Shown here one piece after another: positions 1 through 15,000 of a DNA stretch of 64,000 nt (within the stretch, counting starts at the first letter, position 1; the number at the start of each line of letters is the position of its first letter). The notes under the pieces were generated by a model. It saw only the letters and a program-made list of their open reading frames with translations, did no database searches and was not told where the DNA came from. The position numbers and the translations under genes are program-made. The DNA is from Balanoglossus misakiensis (lineage: Eukaryota > Animalia > Hemichordata), in the NCBI GenBank assembly GCA_040954595.2, contig CM082579.2:4832879-4896878 (forward strand), given 5' to 3'.

Positions 1-3000
1 CGACGATTTTTCGACTTCGCGGATTTTCGAAATTTGGTGGTTTTTCGACAAAAACCATGGGTTATAGCTCATGAAAATCGTCCAAAATCGACGATTTTTC
101 GACTTCGCGTATTTTCGAAATTTGGTGGTTTTTCGACAAAAACCATGGGTTATAGCTCATGAAAATCGTCCAAAATCGACGATTTTTCGACTTCGCGATT
201 TTCGAAATTTGGTGGTTTTTCGACAAAAACCATGGGTTATAGCTCATGAAAATCGTCCAAAATCGACGATTTTTCGACTTCGCGGATTTTCGAAAATTTG
301 GTGGTTTTTCGACAAAAACATGGGTTATAGCTCATGAAAATCGTCCAAAATCGAAGATTTTTCGACTTCGCGGATTTTCGAAATTTGGTGTTTTTTCGAC
401 AAAAACCATGGGTTATAGCTCATGAAAATTCGTCCAAAATCGACGATTTTTCGACTACGCGGATTTTCGGAAATTTGGTGGTTTTTGACAAAAACCATGG
501 GTTATAGCTCATGAAAATCGTCCAAATCGACGATTTTTCGACTTCGCGGATTTTCGAAATTTGGTGGTTTTTCGACAAAAACCATGGGTTATAGCTCATG
601 AAAATCGTCCAAAATCGACGATTTTTCGACTTCGCGGATTTTCGAAATTGGTGGTTTTTCGACAAAAACCATGGGTTATAGCTCATGAAAATCGTCCAAA
701 TCGACGATTTTTCGACTTCGTGGATGTTCGAAATTTGGTGGTTTTTCGACAAAAACCATGGGTTATAGCTCATGAAATCGTCCAAAATCGGACGATTTTT
801 CGACTTCGCGGATTTTCGAAATTTGGTGGTTTTTCGACAGAAACCATGGGTTATAGCTCATGAAAATCGTCCAAAATCGACGATTTTTCGACTTCGCGGA
901 TTTTCGAAAATTTGTTTTCGACAAAAACCAATGTTTATGCTCATGAAAATCGTCAAAATCGACGTTTTTCGACTTCGCGGATTTTCGAAATTTGGTGTTT
1001 TTCGACAAAAACCATGGGTATAGGCTCATGAAAATCATCCAAAATCGACGATTTTTCGACTTCGCGGATTTCGAAATTTGGTGGTTTTCGACAAAAACCA
1101 TGGGTTATAGCTCATGAAAATCGTCCAAAATCGACGATTTTTCGACTTCGCGGATTTTCGAAATTTGGTGGTTTTTCGACAAAACCATGGGTTATAGCTC
1201 ATGAAAATCGTCCAAAATCGACGATTTTTCGACTTCGCGGATTTTCGAAATTTGGTGGTTTTTCGACAAAAACCATGGGTTATAGCTCATGAAAATCGTC
1301 CAAAATCGACGATTTTTCGACTTCGCGGATTTTCGAAATTTGGTGGTTTTTCGACAAAAACCATGGGTTATAGCTCATGAAAATCGTCCAAAATCGACGA
1401 TTTTTCGACTTCGCGGATTTTCGAAATTTGGTGGTTTTTCGACAAAAACCATGGGTTATAGCTCATGAAAATCGTCCAAAATCGACGATTTTTCGACTTC
1501 GCGGATTTTCGAAATTTGGTGGTTTTTCGACAAAAACCATGGGTTATAGCTCATGAAAATCGTCCAAAATCGACGATTTTTCGACTTCGCGGATTTTCGA
1601 AATTTGGTGGTTTTTCGACAAAAACCATGGGTTATAGCTCATGAAAATCGTCCAAAATCGACGATTTTTCGACTTCGCGGATTTTCGAAATTTGGTGGTT
1701 TTTCGACAAAACCATGGGTTATAGCTCATGAAAATCGTCCAAAATCGACGATTTTCGACTTCGCGGATTTTCGAAATTTGGTGGTTTTTCGACAAAAACC
1801 ATGGGTTATAGCTCATGAAAATCGTCCAAAATCGACGATTTTTCGACTTCGCGGATTTTCGAAATTTGGTGGTTTTTCGACAAAAACCATGGGTTATAGC
1901 TCATGAAAATCGTCCAAATCGACGATTTTTCGACTTCGCGGATTTTCGAAATTTGGTGGTTTTTCGACAAAAACCATGGGTTATAGCTCATGAAAATCGT
2001 CCAAAATCGACGATTTTTCGACTTCGCGGATTTTCGAAATTTGGTGGTTTTTCGACAAAAACCATGGGTTATAGCTCATGAAAATCGTCCAAAATCGACG
2101 ATTTTTCGACTTCGCGGATTTTCGAAATTTGGTGGTTTTTCGACAAAAACCATGGGTTATAGCTCATGAAAATCGTCCAAAATCGACGATTTTTCGACTT
2201 CGCGGATTTTCGAAATTTGGTGGTTTTTCGACAAAAACCATGGGTTATAGCTCATGAAAATCGTCCAAAATCGACGATTTTTCGACTTCGCGGATTTTCG
2301 AAATTTGGTGGTTTTTCGACAAAAACCATGGGTTATAGCTCATGAAAATCGTCCAAAATCGACGATTTTTCGACTTCGCGGATTTTCGAAATTTGGTGGT
2401 TTTTCGACAAAAACCATGGGTTATAGCTCATGAAAATCGTCCAAAATCGACGATTTTTCGACTTCGCGGATTTTCGAAATTTGGTGGTTTTTCGACAAAA
2501 ACCATGGGTTATAGCTCATGAAAATCGTCCAAAATCGACGATTTTTCGACTTCGCGGATTTTCGAAATTTGGTGGTTTTTCGACAAAAACCATGGGTTAT
2601 AGCTCATGAAAATCGTCCAAAATCGACGATTTTTCGACTTCGCGGATTTTCGAAATTTGGTGGTTTTTCGACAAAAACCATGGGTTATAGCTCATGAAAA
2701 TCGTCCAAAATCGACGATTTTTCGACTTCGCGGATTTTCGAAATTTGGTGGTTTTTCGACAAAAACCATGGGTTATAGCTCATGAAAATCGTCCAAAATC
2801 GACGATTTTTCGACTTCGCGGATTTTCGAAATTTGGTGGTTTTTCGACAAAAACCATGGGTTATAGCTCATGAAAATCGTCCAAAATCGACGATTTTTCG
2901 ACTTCGCGGATTTTCGAAATTTGGTGGTTTTTCGACAAAAACCATGGGTTATAGCTCATGAAAATCGTCCAAAATCGACGATTTTTCGACTTCGCGGATT

Positions 3001-6000
3001 TTCGAAATTTGGTGGTTTTTCGACAAAAACCATGGGTTATAGCTCATGAAAATCGTCCAAAATCGACGATTTTTCGACTTCGCGGATTTTCGAAATTTGG
3101 TGGTTTTTCGACAAAAACCATGGGTTATAGCTCATGAAAATCGTCCAAAATCGACGATTTTTCGACTTCGCGGATTTTCGAAATTTGGTGGTTTTTCGAC
3201 AAAAACCATGGGTTATAGCTCATGAAAATCGTCCAAAATCGACGATTTTTTCGACTTCGCGGATTTTCGAAATTTGGTGGTTTTTCGACAAAAACCATGG
3301 GTTATAGCTCATGAAAATCGTCCAAAATCGACGATTTTTCGACTTCGCGGATTTTCGAAATTTGGTGGTTTTTCGACAAAAACCATGGGTTATAGCTCAT
3401 GAAAATCGTCCAAAATCGACGATTTTTCGACTTCGCGGATTTTCGAAATTTGGTGGATTTTCGACAAAAACCATGGGTTATAGCTCATGAAAATCGTCCA
3501 AAATCGACGATTTTTCGACTTCGCGGATTTTCGAAATTTGGTGGATTTTCGACAAAAACCATGGGTTATAGCTCATGAAAATCGTCCAAAATCGACGATT
3601 TTTCGACTTCGCGGATTTTCGAAATTTGGTGGTTTTTCGACAAAAACCATGGGTTATAGCTCATGAAAATCGTCCAAAATCGACGATTTTTCGACTTCGC
3701 GGATTTTCGAAATTTGGTGGTTTTTCGACAAAAACCATGGGTTATAGCTCATGAAAATCGTCCAAAATCGACGATTTTTCGACTTCGCGGATTTTCGAAA
3801 TTTGGTGGATTTTTCGACAAAAACCATGGGTTATAGCTCATGAAAATCGTCCAAAATCGACGATTTTTCGACTTCGCGGATTTTCGAAATTTGGTGGTTT
3901 TTCGACAAAAACCATGGGTTATAGCTCATGAAAATCGTCCAAAATCGACGATTTTTCGACTTCGCGGATTTTCGAAATTTGGTGGTTTTTCGACAAAAAC
4001 CATGGGTTATAGCTCATGAAAATCGTCCAAAATCGACGATTTTTCGACTTCGCGGATTTTCGAAATTTGGTGGTTTTTCGACAAAAACCATGGGTTATAG
4101 CTCATGAAAATCGTCCAAAATCGACGATTTTTCGACTTCGCGGATTTTCGAAATTTGGTGGTTTTTCGACAAAAACCATGGGTTATAGCTCATGAAAATC
4201 GTCCAAAATCGACGATTTTTCGACTTCGCGGATTTTCGAAATTTGGTGGTTTTTCGACAAAAACCATGGGTTATAGCTCATGAAAATCGTCCAAAATCGA
4301 CGATTTTTCGACTTCGCGGATTTTCGAAATTTGGTGGTTTTTCGACAAAAACCATGGGTTATAGCTCATGAAAATCGTCCAAAATCGACGATTTTTCGAC
4401 TTCGCGGATTTTCGAAATTTGGTGGTTTTTCGACAAAAACCATGGGTTATAGCTCATGAAAATCGTCCAAAATCGACGATTTTTCGACTTCGCGGATTTT
4501 CGAAATTTGGTGGTTTTTCGACAAAAACCATGGGTTATAGCTCATGAAAATCGTCCAAAATCGACGATTTTTCGACTTCGCGGATTTTCGAAATTTGGTG
4601 GTTTTTCGACAAAAACCATGGGTTATAGCTCATGAAAATCGTCCAAAATCGACGATTTTTCGACTTCGCGGATTTTCGAAATTTGGTGGTTTTTCGACAA
4701 AAACCATGGGTTATAGCTCATGAAAATCGTCCAAAATCGACGATTTTTCGACTTCGCGGATTTTCGAAATTTGGTGGTTTTTCGACAAAAACCATGGGTT
4801 ATAGCTCATGAAAATCGTCCAAAATCGACGATTTTTCGACTTCGCGGATTTTCGAAATTTGGTGGATTTTCGACAAAAACCATGGGTTATAGCTCATGAA
4901 AATCGTCCAAAATCGACGATTTTTCGACTTCGCGGATTTTCGAAATTTGGTGGATTTTTCGACAAAAACCATGGGTTATAGCTCATGAAAATCGTCCAAA
5001 ATCGACGATTTTTCGACTTCGCGGATTTTCGAAATTTGGTGGATTTTCGACAAAAACCATGGGTTATAGCTCATGAAAATCGTCCAAATCGACGATTTTT
5101 CGACTTCGCGGATTTTCGAAATTTGGTGGTTTTTCGACAAAAACCATGGGTTATAGCTCATGAAAATCGTCCAAATCGACGATTTTTCGACTTCGCGGAT
5201 TTTCGAAATTTGGTGGTTTTTCGACAAAAACCATGGGTTATAGCTCATGAAAATCGTCCAAAATCGACGATTTTTCGACTTCGCGGATTTTCGAAATTTG
5301 GTGGTTTTTCGACAAAAACCATGGGTTATAGCTCATGAAAATCGTCCAAAATCGACGATTTTTCGACTTCGCGGATTTTCGAAATTTGGTGGTTTTTCGA
5401 CAAAAACCATGGGTTATAGCTCATGAAAATCGTCCAAAATCGACGATTTTTCGACTTCGCGGATTTTCGAAATTTGGTGGTTTTTCGACAAAAACCATGG
5501 GTTTTAGCTCATGAAAATCGTCCAAAATCGACGATTTTTCGACTTCGCGGATTTTCGAAATTTGGTGGTTTTTCGACAAAAACCATGGGTATAGCTCATG
5601 AAAATCGTCCAAAATCGACGATTTTTCGACTTCGCGGATTTTCGAAATTTGGTGGTTTTTCGACAAAAACCATGGGTTATAGCTCATGAAAATCGTCCAA
5701 AATCGACGATTTTTCGACTTCGCGGATTTTCGAAATTTGGTGGTTTTTCGACAAAAACCATGGGTTATAGCTCATGAAAATCGTCCAAAATCGACGATTT
5801 TTCGACTTCGCGGATTTTCGAAATTTGGTGGTTTTTCGACAAAAACCATGGGTTATAGCTCATGAAAATCGTCCAAAATCGACGATTTTTCGACTTCGCG
5901 GATTTTCGAAATTTGGTGGTTTTTCGACAAAAACCATGGGTTATAGCTCATGAAAATCGTCCAAAATCGACGATTTTTCGACTTCGCGGATTTTCGAAAT

Positions 6001-9000
6001 TTGGTGGTTTTTCGACAAAAACCATGGGTTATAGCTCATGAAAATCGTCCAAAATCGACGATTTTTCGACTTCGCGGATTTTCGAAATTTGGTGGTTTTT
6101 CGACAAAAACCATGGGTTATAGCTCATGAAAATCGTCCAAAATCGACGATTTTTCGACTTCGCGGATTTTCGAAATTTGGTGGATTTTCGACAAAAACCA
6201 TGGGTTATAGCTCATGAAAATCGTCCAAAATCGACGATTTTTCGACTTCGCGGATTTTCGAAATTTGGTGGATTTTCGACAAAAACCATGGGTTATAGCT
6301 CATGAAAATCGTCCAAAATCGACGATTTTTCGACTTCGCGGATTTTCGAAATTTGGTGGTTTTTCGACAAAAACCATGGGTTATAGCTCATGAAAATCGT
6401 CCAAAATCGACGATTTTTCGACTTCGCGGATTTTCGAAATTTGGTGGATTTTCGACAAAAACCATGGGTTATAGCTCATGAAAATCGTCCAAAATCGACG
6501 ATTTTTCGACTTCGCGGATTTTCGAAATTTGGTGGTTTTTCGACAAAAACCATGGGTTATAGCTCATGAAAATCGTCCAAAATCGACGATTTTTCGACTT
6601 CGCGGATTTTCGAAATTTGGTGGTTTTTCGACAAAAACCATGGGTTATAGCTCATGAAAATCGTCCAAAATCGACGATTTTTCGACTTCGCGGATTTTCG
6701 AAATTTGGTGGTTTTTCGACAAAAACCATGGGTTATAGCTCATGAAAATCGTCCAAAATCGACGATTTTTCGACTACGCGGATTTTCGAAATTTGGTGGT
6801 TTTTCGACAAAAACCATGGGTTATAGCTCATGAAAATCGTCCAAAATCGACGATTTTTCGACTTCGCGGATTTTCGAAATTTGGTGGTTTTTCGACAAAA
6901 ACCATGGGTTATAGCTCATGAAAATCGTCCAAAATCGACGATTTTTCGACTTCGCGGATTTTCGAAATTTGGTGGATTTTCGACAAAAACCATGGGTTAT
7001 AGCTCATGAAAATCGTCCAAAATCGACGATTTTTCGACTTCGCGGATTTTCGAAATTTGGTGGTTTTTCGACAAAAACCATGGGTTATAGCTCATGAAAA
7101 TCGTCCAAAATCGACGATTTTTCGACTTCGCGGATTTTCGAAATTTGGTGGATTTTCGACAAAAACCATGGGTTATAGCTCATGAAAATCGTCCAAAATC
7201 GACGATTTTTCGACTTCGCGGATTTTCGAAATTTGGTGGTTTTTCGACAAAAACCATGGGTTATAGCTCATGAAAATCGTCCAAAATCGACGATTTTTCG
7301 ACTTCGCGGATTTTCGAAATTTGGTGGTTTTTCGACAAAAACCATGGGTTATAGCTCATGAAAATCGTCCAAAATCGACGATTTTTCGACTTCGCGGATT
7401 TTCGAAATTTGGTGGTTTTTCGACAAAAACCATGGGTTATAGCTCATGAAAATCGTCCAAAATCGACGATTTTTCGACTTCGCGGATTTTCGAAATTTGG
7501 TGGTTTTTCGACAAAAACCATGGGTTATAGCTCATGAAAATCGTCCAAAATCGACGATTTTTCGACTTCGCGGATTTTCGAAATTTGGTGGTTTTTCGAC
7601 AAAAACCATGGGTTATAGCTCATGAAAATCGTCCAAAATCGACGATTTTTCGACTTCGCGGATTTTCGAAATTTGGTGGTTTTTCGACAAAAACCATGGG
7701 TTATAGCTCATGAAAATCGTCCAAAATCGACGATTTTTCGACTTCGCGGATTTTCGAAATTTGGTGGATTTTCGACAAAAACCATGGGTTATAGCTCATG
7801 AAAATCGTCCAAAATCGACGATTTTTCGACTTCGCGGATTTTCGAAATTTGGTGGATTTTCGACAAAAACCATGGGTTATAGCTCATGAAAATCGTCCAA
7901 AATCGACGATTTTTCGACTTCGCGGATTTTCGAAATTTGGTGGATTTTCGACAAAAACCATGGGTTATAGCTCATGAAAATCGTCCAAAATCGACGATTT
8001 TTCGACTTCGCGGATTTTCGAAATTTGGTGGTTTTTCGACAAACACCATGGGTTATAGCTCATGAAAATCGTCCAAAATCGACGATTTTTCGACTTCGCG
8101 GATTTTCGAAATTTGGTGGATTTTCGACAAAAACCATGGGTTATAGCTCATGAAAATCGTCCAAAATCGACGATTATTCGACTTCGCGGATTTTCGAAAT
8201 TTGGTGGTTTTTCGACAAAAACCATGGGTTATAGCTCATGAAAATCGTCCAAAATCGACGATTTTTCGACTTCGCGGATTTTCGAAATTTGGTGGTTTTT
8301 CGACAAAAACCATGGGTTATAGCTCATGAAAATCGTCCAAAATCGACGATTTTTCGACTTCGCGGATTTTCGAAATTTGGTGGTTTTTCGACAAAAACCA
8401 TGGGTTATAGCTCATGAAAATCGTCCAAAATCGACGAATTTTCGACTTCGCGGATTTTCGAAATTTGGTGGTTTTTCGACAAAAACCATGGGTTATAGCT
8501 CATGAAAATCGTCCAAAATCGACGATTTTTCGACTTCGCGGATTTTCGAAATTTGGTGGTTTTTCGACAAAAACCATGGGTTATAGCTCATGAAAATCGT
8601 CCAAAATCGACGATTTTTCGACTTCGCGGATTTTCGAAATTTGGTGGTTTTTCGACAAAAACCATGGGTTATAGCTCATGAAAATCGTCCAAAATCGACG
8701 ATTTTTCGACTTCGCGGATTTTCGAAATTTGGTGGTTTTTCGACAAAAACCATGGGTTATAGCTCATGAAAATCGTCCAAAATCGACGATATTTCGACTT
8801 CGCGGATTTTCGAAATTTGGTGGTTTTTCGACAAAAACCATGGGTTATAGCTCATGAAAATCGTCCAAAATCGACGAATTTTCGACTTCGCGGATTTTCG
8901 AAATTTGGTGGTTTTTCGACAAAAACCATGGGTTATAGCTCATGAAAATCGTCCAAAATCGACGATTTTTCGACTACGCGGATTTTCGAAATTTGGTGGT

Positions 9001-12000
9001 TTTTCGACAAAAACCATGGGTTATAGCTCATGAAAATCGTCCAAAATCGACGATTTTTCGACTTCGCGGATTTTCGAAATTTGGTGGTTTTTCGACAAAA
9101 ACCATGGGTTATAGCTCATGAAAATCGTCCAAAATCGACGATTTTTCGACTTCGCGGATTTTCGAAATTTGGTGGTTTTTCGACAAAAACCATGGGTTAT
9201 AGCTCATGAAAATCGTCCAAAATCGACGATTTTTCGACTTCGCGGATTTTCGAAATTTGGTGGTTTTTCGACAAAAACCATGGGTTATAGCTCATGAAAA
9301 TCGTCCAAAATCGACGATTTTTCGACTTCGCGGATTTTCGAAATTTGGTGGTTTTTCGACAAAAACCATGGGTTATAGCTCATGAAAATCGTCCAAAATC
9401 GACGATTTTTCGACTTCGCGGATTTTCGAAATTTGGTGGATTTTCGACAAAAACCATGGGTTATAGCTCATGAAAATCGTCCAAAATCGACGATTTTTCG
9501 ACTTCGCGGATTTTCGAAATTTGGTGGTTTTTCGACAAAAACCATGGGTTATAGCTCATGAAAATCGTCCAAAATCGACGATTTTTCGACTTCGCGGATT
9601 TTCGAAATTTGGTGGATTTTCGACAAAAACCATGGGTTATAGCTCATGAAAATCGTCCAAAATCGACGATTTTTCGACTTCGCGGATTTTCGAAATTTGG
9701 TGGTTTTTCGACAAAAACCATGGGTTATAGCTCATGAAAATCGTCCAAAATCGACGATTTTTCGACTTCGCGGATTTTCGAAATTTGGTGGTTTTTCGAC
9801 AAAAACCATGGGTTATAGCTCATGAAAATCGTCCAAAATCGACGATTTTTCGACTTCGCGGATTTTCGAAATTTGGTGGTTTTTCGACAAAAACCATGGG
9901 TTATAGCTCATGAAAATCGTCCAAAATCGACGAATTTTCGACTTCGCGGATTTTCGAAATTTGGTGGTTTTTCGACAAAAACCATGGGTTATAGCTCATG
10001 AAAATCGTCCAAAATCGACGATTTTTCGACTACGCGGATTTTCGAAATTTGGTGGTTTTTCGACAAAAACCATGGGTTATAGCTCATGAAAATCGTCCAA
10101 AATCGACGATTTTTCGACTTCGCGGATTTTCGAAATTTGGTGGTTTTTCGACAAAAACCATGGGTTATAGCTCATGAAAATCGTCCAAAATCGACGATTT
10201 TTCGACTTCGCGGATTTTCGAAATTTGGTGGTTTTTCGACAAAAACCATGGGTTATAGCTCATGAAAATCGTCCAAAATCGACGATTTTTCGACTTCGCG
10301 GATTTTCGAAATTTGGTGGTTTTTCGACAAAAACCATGGGTTATAGCTCATGAAAATCGTCCAAAATCGACGATTTTTCGACTTCGCGGATTTTCGAAAT
10401 TTGGTGGTTTTTCGACAAAAACCATGGGTTATAGCTCATGAAAATCGTCCAAAATCGACGATTTTTCGACTTCGCGGATTTTCGAAATTTGGTGGATTTT
10501 CGACAAAAACCATGGGTTATAGCTCATGAAAATCGTCCAAAATCGACGATTTTTCGACTTCGCGGATTTTCGAAATTTGGTGGTTTTTCGACAAAAACCA
10601 TGGGTTATAGCTCATGAAAATCGTCCAAAATCGACGATTTTTCGACTTCGCGGATTTTCGAAATTTGGTGGTTTTTCGACAAAAACCATGGGTTATAGCT
10701 CATGAAAATCGTCCAAAATCGACGATTTTTCGACTTCGCGGATTTTCGAAATTTGGTGGTTTTTCGACAAAAACCATGGGTTATAGCTCATGAAAATCGT
10801 CCAAAATCGACGATTTTTCGACTTCGCGGATTTTCGAAATTTGGTGGTTTTTCGACAAAAACCATGGGTTATAGCTCATGAAAATCGTCCAAAATCGACG
10901 ATTTTTCGACTTCGCGGATTTTCGAAATTTGGTGGTTTTTCGACAAAAACCATGGGTTATAGCTCATGAAAATCGTCCAAAATCGACGATTTTTCGACTT
11001 CGCGGATTTTCGAAATTTGGTGGTTTTTCGACAAAAACCATGGGTTATAGCTCATGAAAATCGTCCAAAATCGACGATTTTTCGACTTCGCGGATTTTCG
11101 AAATTTGGTGGTTTTTCGACAAAAACCATGGGTTATAGCTCATGAAAATCGTCCAAAATCGACGATTTTTCGACTTCGCGGATTTTCGAAATTTGGTGGT
11201 TTTTCGACAAAAACCATGGGTTATAGCTCATGAAAATCGTCCAAAATCGACGATTTTTCGACTTCGCGGATTTTCGAAATTTGGTGGTTTTTCGACAAAA
11301 ACCATGGGTTATAGCTCATGAAAATCGTCCAAAATCGACGATTTTTCGACTTCGCGGATTTTCGAAATTTGGTGGTTTTTCGACAAAACCATGGGTTATA
11401 GCTCATGAAAATCGTCCAAAATCGACGATTTTTCGACTTCGCGGATTTTCGAAATTTGGTGGTTTTTCGACAAAAACCATGGGTTATAGCTCATGAAAAT
11501 CGTCCAAAATCGACGATTTTTCGACTTCGCGGATTTTCGAACTTTGGTGGTTTTTCGACAAAAACCATGGGTTATAGCTCATGAAAATCGTCCAAAATCG
11601 ACGATTTTTCGACTTCGCGGATTTTCGAAATTTGGTGGTTTTTCGACAAAAACCATGGGTTATAGCTCATGAAAATCGTCCAAAATCGACGATTTTTCGA
11701 CTACGCGGATTTTCGAAATTTGGTGGTTTTTCGACAAAAACCATGGGTTATAGCTCATGAAAATCGTCCAAAATCGACGATTTTTCGACTTCGCGGATTT
11801 TCGAAATTTGGTGGTTTTTCGACAAAAACCATGGGTTATAGCTCATGAAAATCGTCCAAAATCGACGATTTTTCGACTTCGCGGATTTTCGAAATTTGGT
11901 GGTTTTTCGACAAAAACCATGGGTTATAGCTCATGAAAATCGTCCAAAATCGACGATTTTTCGACTTCGCGGATTTTCGAAATTTGGTGGTTTTTCGACA

Positions 12001-15000
12001 AAAACCATGGGTTATAGCTCATGAAAATCGTCCAAAATCGACGATTTTTCGACTTCGCGGATTTTCGAAATTTGGTGGTTTTTCGACAAAAACCATGGGT
12101 TATAGCTCATGAAAATCGTCCAAAATCGACGATTTTTCGACTTCGCGGATTTTCGAAATTTGGTGGTTTTTCGACAAAAACCATGGGTTATAGCTCATGA
12201 AAATCGTCCAAAATCGACGATTTTCGACTTCGCGGATTTTCGAAATTTGGTGGTTTTTCGACAAAAACCATGGGTTATAGCTCATGAAAATCGTCCAAAA
12301 TCGACGATTTTTCGACTTCGCGGATTTTCGAAATTTGGTGGTTTTTCGACAAAAACCATGGGTTATAGCTCATGAAAATCGTCCAAAATCGACGATTTTT
12401 CGACTTCGCGGATTTTCGAAATTTGGTGGTTTTTCGACAAAAACCATGGGTTATAGCTCATGAAAATCGTCCAAAATCGACGATTTTTCGACTTCGCGGA
12501 TTTTCGAAATTTGGTGGTTTTTCGACAAAAACCATGGGTTATAGCTCATGAAAATCGTCCAAAATCGACGATTTTTCGACTTCGCGGATTTTCGAAATTT
12601 GGTGGTTTTTCGACAAAAACCATGGGTTATAGCTCATGAAAATCGTCCAAAATCGACGATTTTTCGACTTCGCGGATTTTCGAAATTTGGTGGTTTTTCG
12701 ACAAAAACCATGGGTTATAGCTCATGAAAATCGTCCAAAATCGACGATTTTTCGACTTCGCGGATTTTCGAAATTTGGTGGTTTTTCGACAAAAACCATG
12801 GGTTATAGCTCATGAAAATCGTCCAAAATCGACGATTTTTCGACTTCGCGGATTTTCGAAATTTGGTGGTTTTTCGACAAAAACCATGGGTTATAGCTCA
12901 TGAAAATCGTCCAAAATCGACGATTTTTCGACTTCGCGGATTTTCGAAATTTGGTGGTTTTTCGACAAAAACCATGGGTTATAGCTCATGAAAATCGTCC
13001 AAAATCGACGATTTTTCGACTTCGCGGATTTTCGAAATTTGGTGGTTTTTCGACAAAAACCATGGGTTATAGCTCATGAAAATCGACCAAAATCGACGAT
13101 TTTTCGACTTCGCGGATTTTCGAAATTTGGTGGTTTTTCGACAAAAACCATGGGTTATAGCTCATGAAAATCGTCCAAAATCGACGATTTTTCGACTTCG
13201 CGGATTTTCGAAATTTGGTGGTTTTTCGACAAAAACCATGGGTTATAGCTCATGAAAATCGTCCAAAATCGACGATTTTTCGACTTCGCGGATTTTCGAA
13301 ATTTGGTGGTTTTTCGACAAAAACCATGGGTTATAGCTCATGAAAATCGTCCAAAATCGACGATTTTTCGACTTCGCGGATTTTCGAAATTTGGTGGTTT
13401 TTCGACAAAAACCATGGGTTATAGCTCATGAAAATCGTCCAAAATCGACGATTTTTCGACTTCGCGGATTTTCGAAATTTGGTGGTTTTTCGACAAAAAC
13501 CATGGGTTATAGCTCATGAAAATCGTCCAAAATCGACGATTTTTCGACTTCGCGGATTTTCGAAATTTGGTGGTTTTTCGACAAAAACCATGGGTTATAG
13601 CTCATGAAAATCGTCCAAAATCGACGATTTTTCGACTTCGCGGATTTTCGAACTTTGGTGGTTTTTCGACAAAAACATGGGTTATAGCTCATGAAAATCG
13701 TCCAAAATCGACGATTTTTCGACTTCGCGGATTTTCGAAATTTGGTGGTTTTTCGACAAAAACCATGGGTTATAGCTCATGAAAATCGTCCAAAATCGAC
13801 GATTTTTCGACTTCGCGGATTTTCGAAATTTGGTGGTTTTTCGACAAAAACCATGGGTTATAGCTCATGAAAATCGTCCAAAATCGACGATTTTTCGACT
13901 TCGCGGATTTTCGAAATTTGGTGGTTTTTCGACAAAAACCATGGGTTATAGCTCATGAAAATCGTCCAAAATCGACGATTTTTCGTCTTCGCGGATTTTC
14001 GAAATTTGGTGGTTTTTCGACAAAAACCATGGGTTATAGCTCATGAAAATCGTCCAAAATCGACGATTTTTCGACTTCGCGGATTTTCGAAATTTGGTGG
14101 TTTTTCGACAAAAACCATGGGTTATAGCTCATGAAAATCGTCCAAAATCGACGATTTTTCGACTTCGCGGATTTTCGAAATTTGGTGGTTTTTCGACAAA
14201 AACCATGGGTTATAGCTCATGAAAATCGTCCAAAATCGACGATTTTTCGACTTCGCGGATTTTCGAAATTTGGTGGTTTTTCGACAAAAACCATGGGTTA
14301 TAGCTCATGAAAATCGTCCAAAATCGACGATTTTTCGACTTCGCGGATTTTCGAAATTTGGTGGTTTTTCGACAAAAACCATGGGTTATAGCTCATGAAA
14401 ATCGTCCAAAATCGACGATTTTTCGACTTCGCGGATTTTCGAAATTTGGTGGTTTTTCGACAAAAACCATGGGTTATAGCTCATGAAAATCGTCCAAAAT
14501 CGACGATTTTTCGACTTCGCGGATTTTCGAAATTTGGTGGTTTTTCGACAAAAACCATGGGTTATAGCTCACGAAAATCGTCCAAAATCGACGATTTTTC
14601 GACTTCGCGGATTTTCGAAATTTGGTGGTTTTTCGACAAAAACCATGGGTTATAGCTCATGAAAATCGTCCAAAATCGACGATTTTTCGACTTCGCGGAT
14701 TTTCGAAATTTGGTGGTTTTTCGACAAAAACCATGGGTTATAGCTCATGAAAATCGTCCAAAATCGACGATTTTTCGACTTCGCGGATTTTCGAAATTTG
14801 GTGGTTTTTCGACAAAAACCATGGGTTATAGCTCATGAAAATCGTCCAAAATCGACGATTTTTCGACTTCGCGGATTTTCGAAATTTGGTGGTTTTTCGA
14901 CAAAAACCATGGGTTATAGCTCATGAAAATCGTCCAAAATCGACGATTTTTCGACTTCGCGGATTTTCGAAATTTGGTGGTTTTTCGACAAAAACCATGG

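Noticed and set aside
9-24. CENP-B box-like TTCG...CGG in the monomer
   Set aside because: TTCGACTTCGCGGA does not fit TTCGnnnnAnnCGGG in spacing or in the conserved A and final G.
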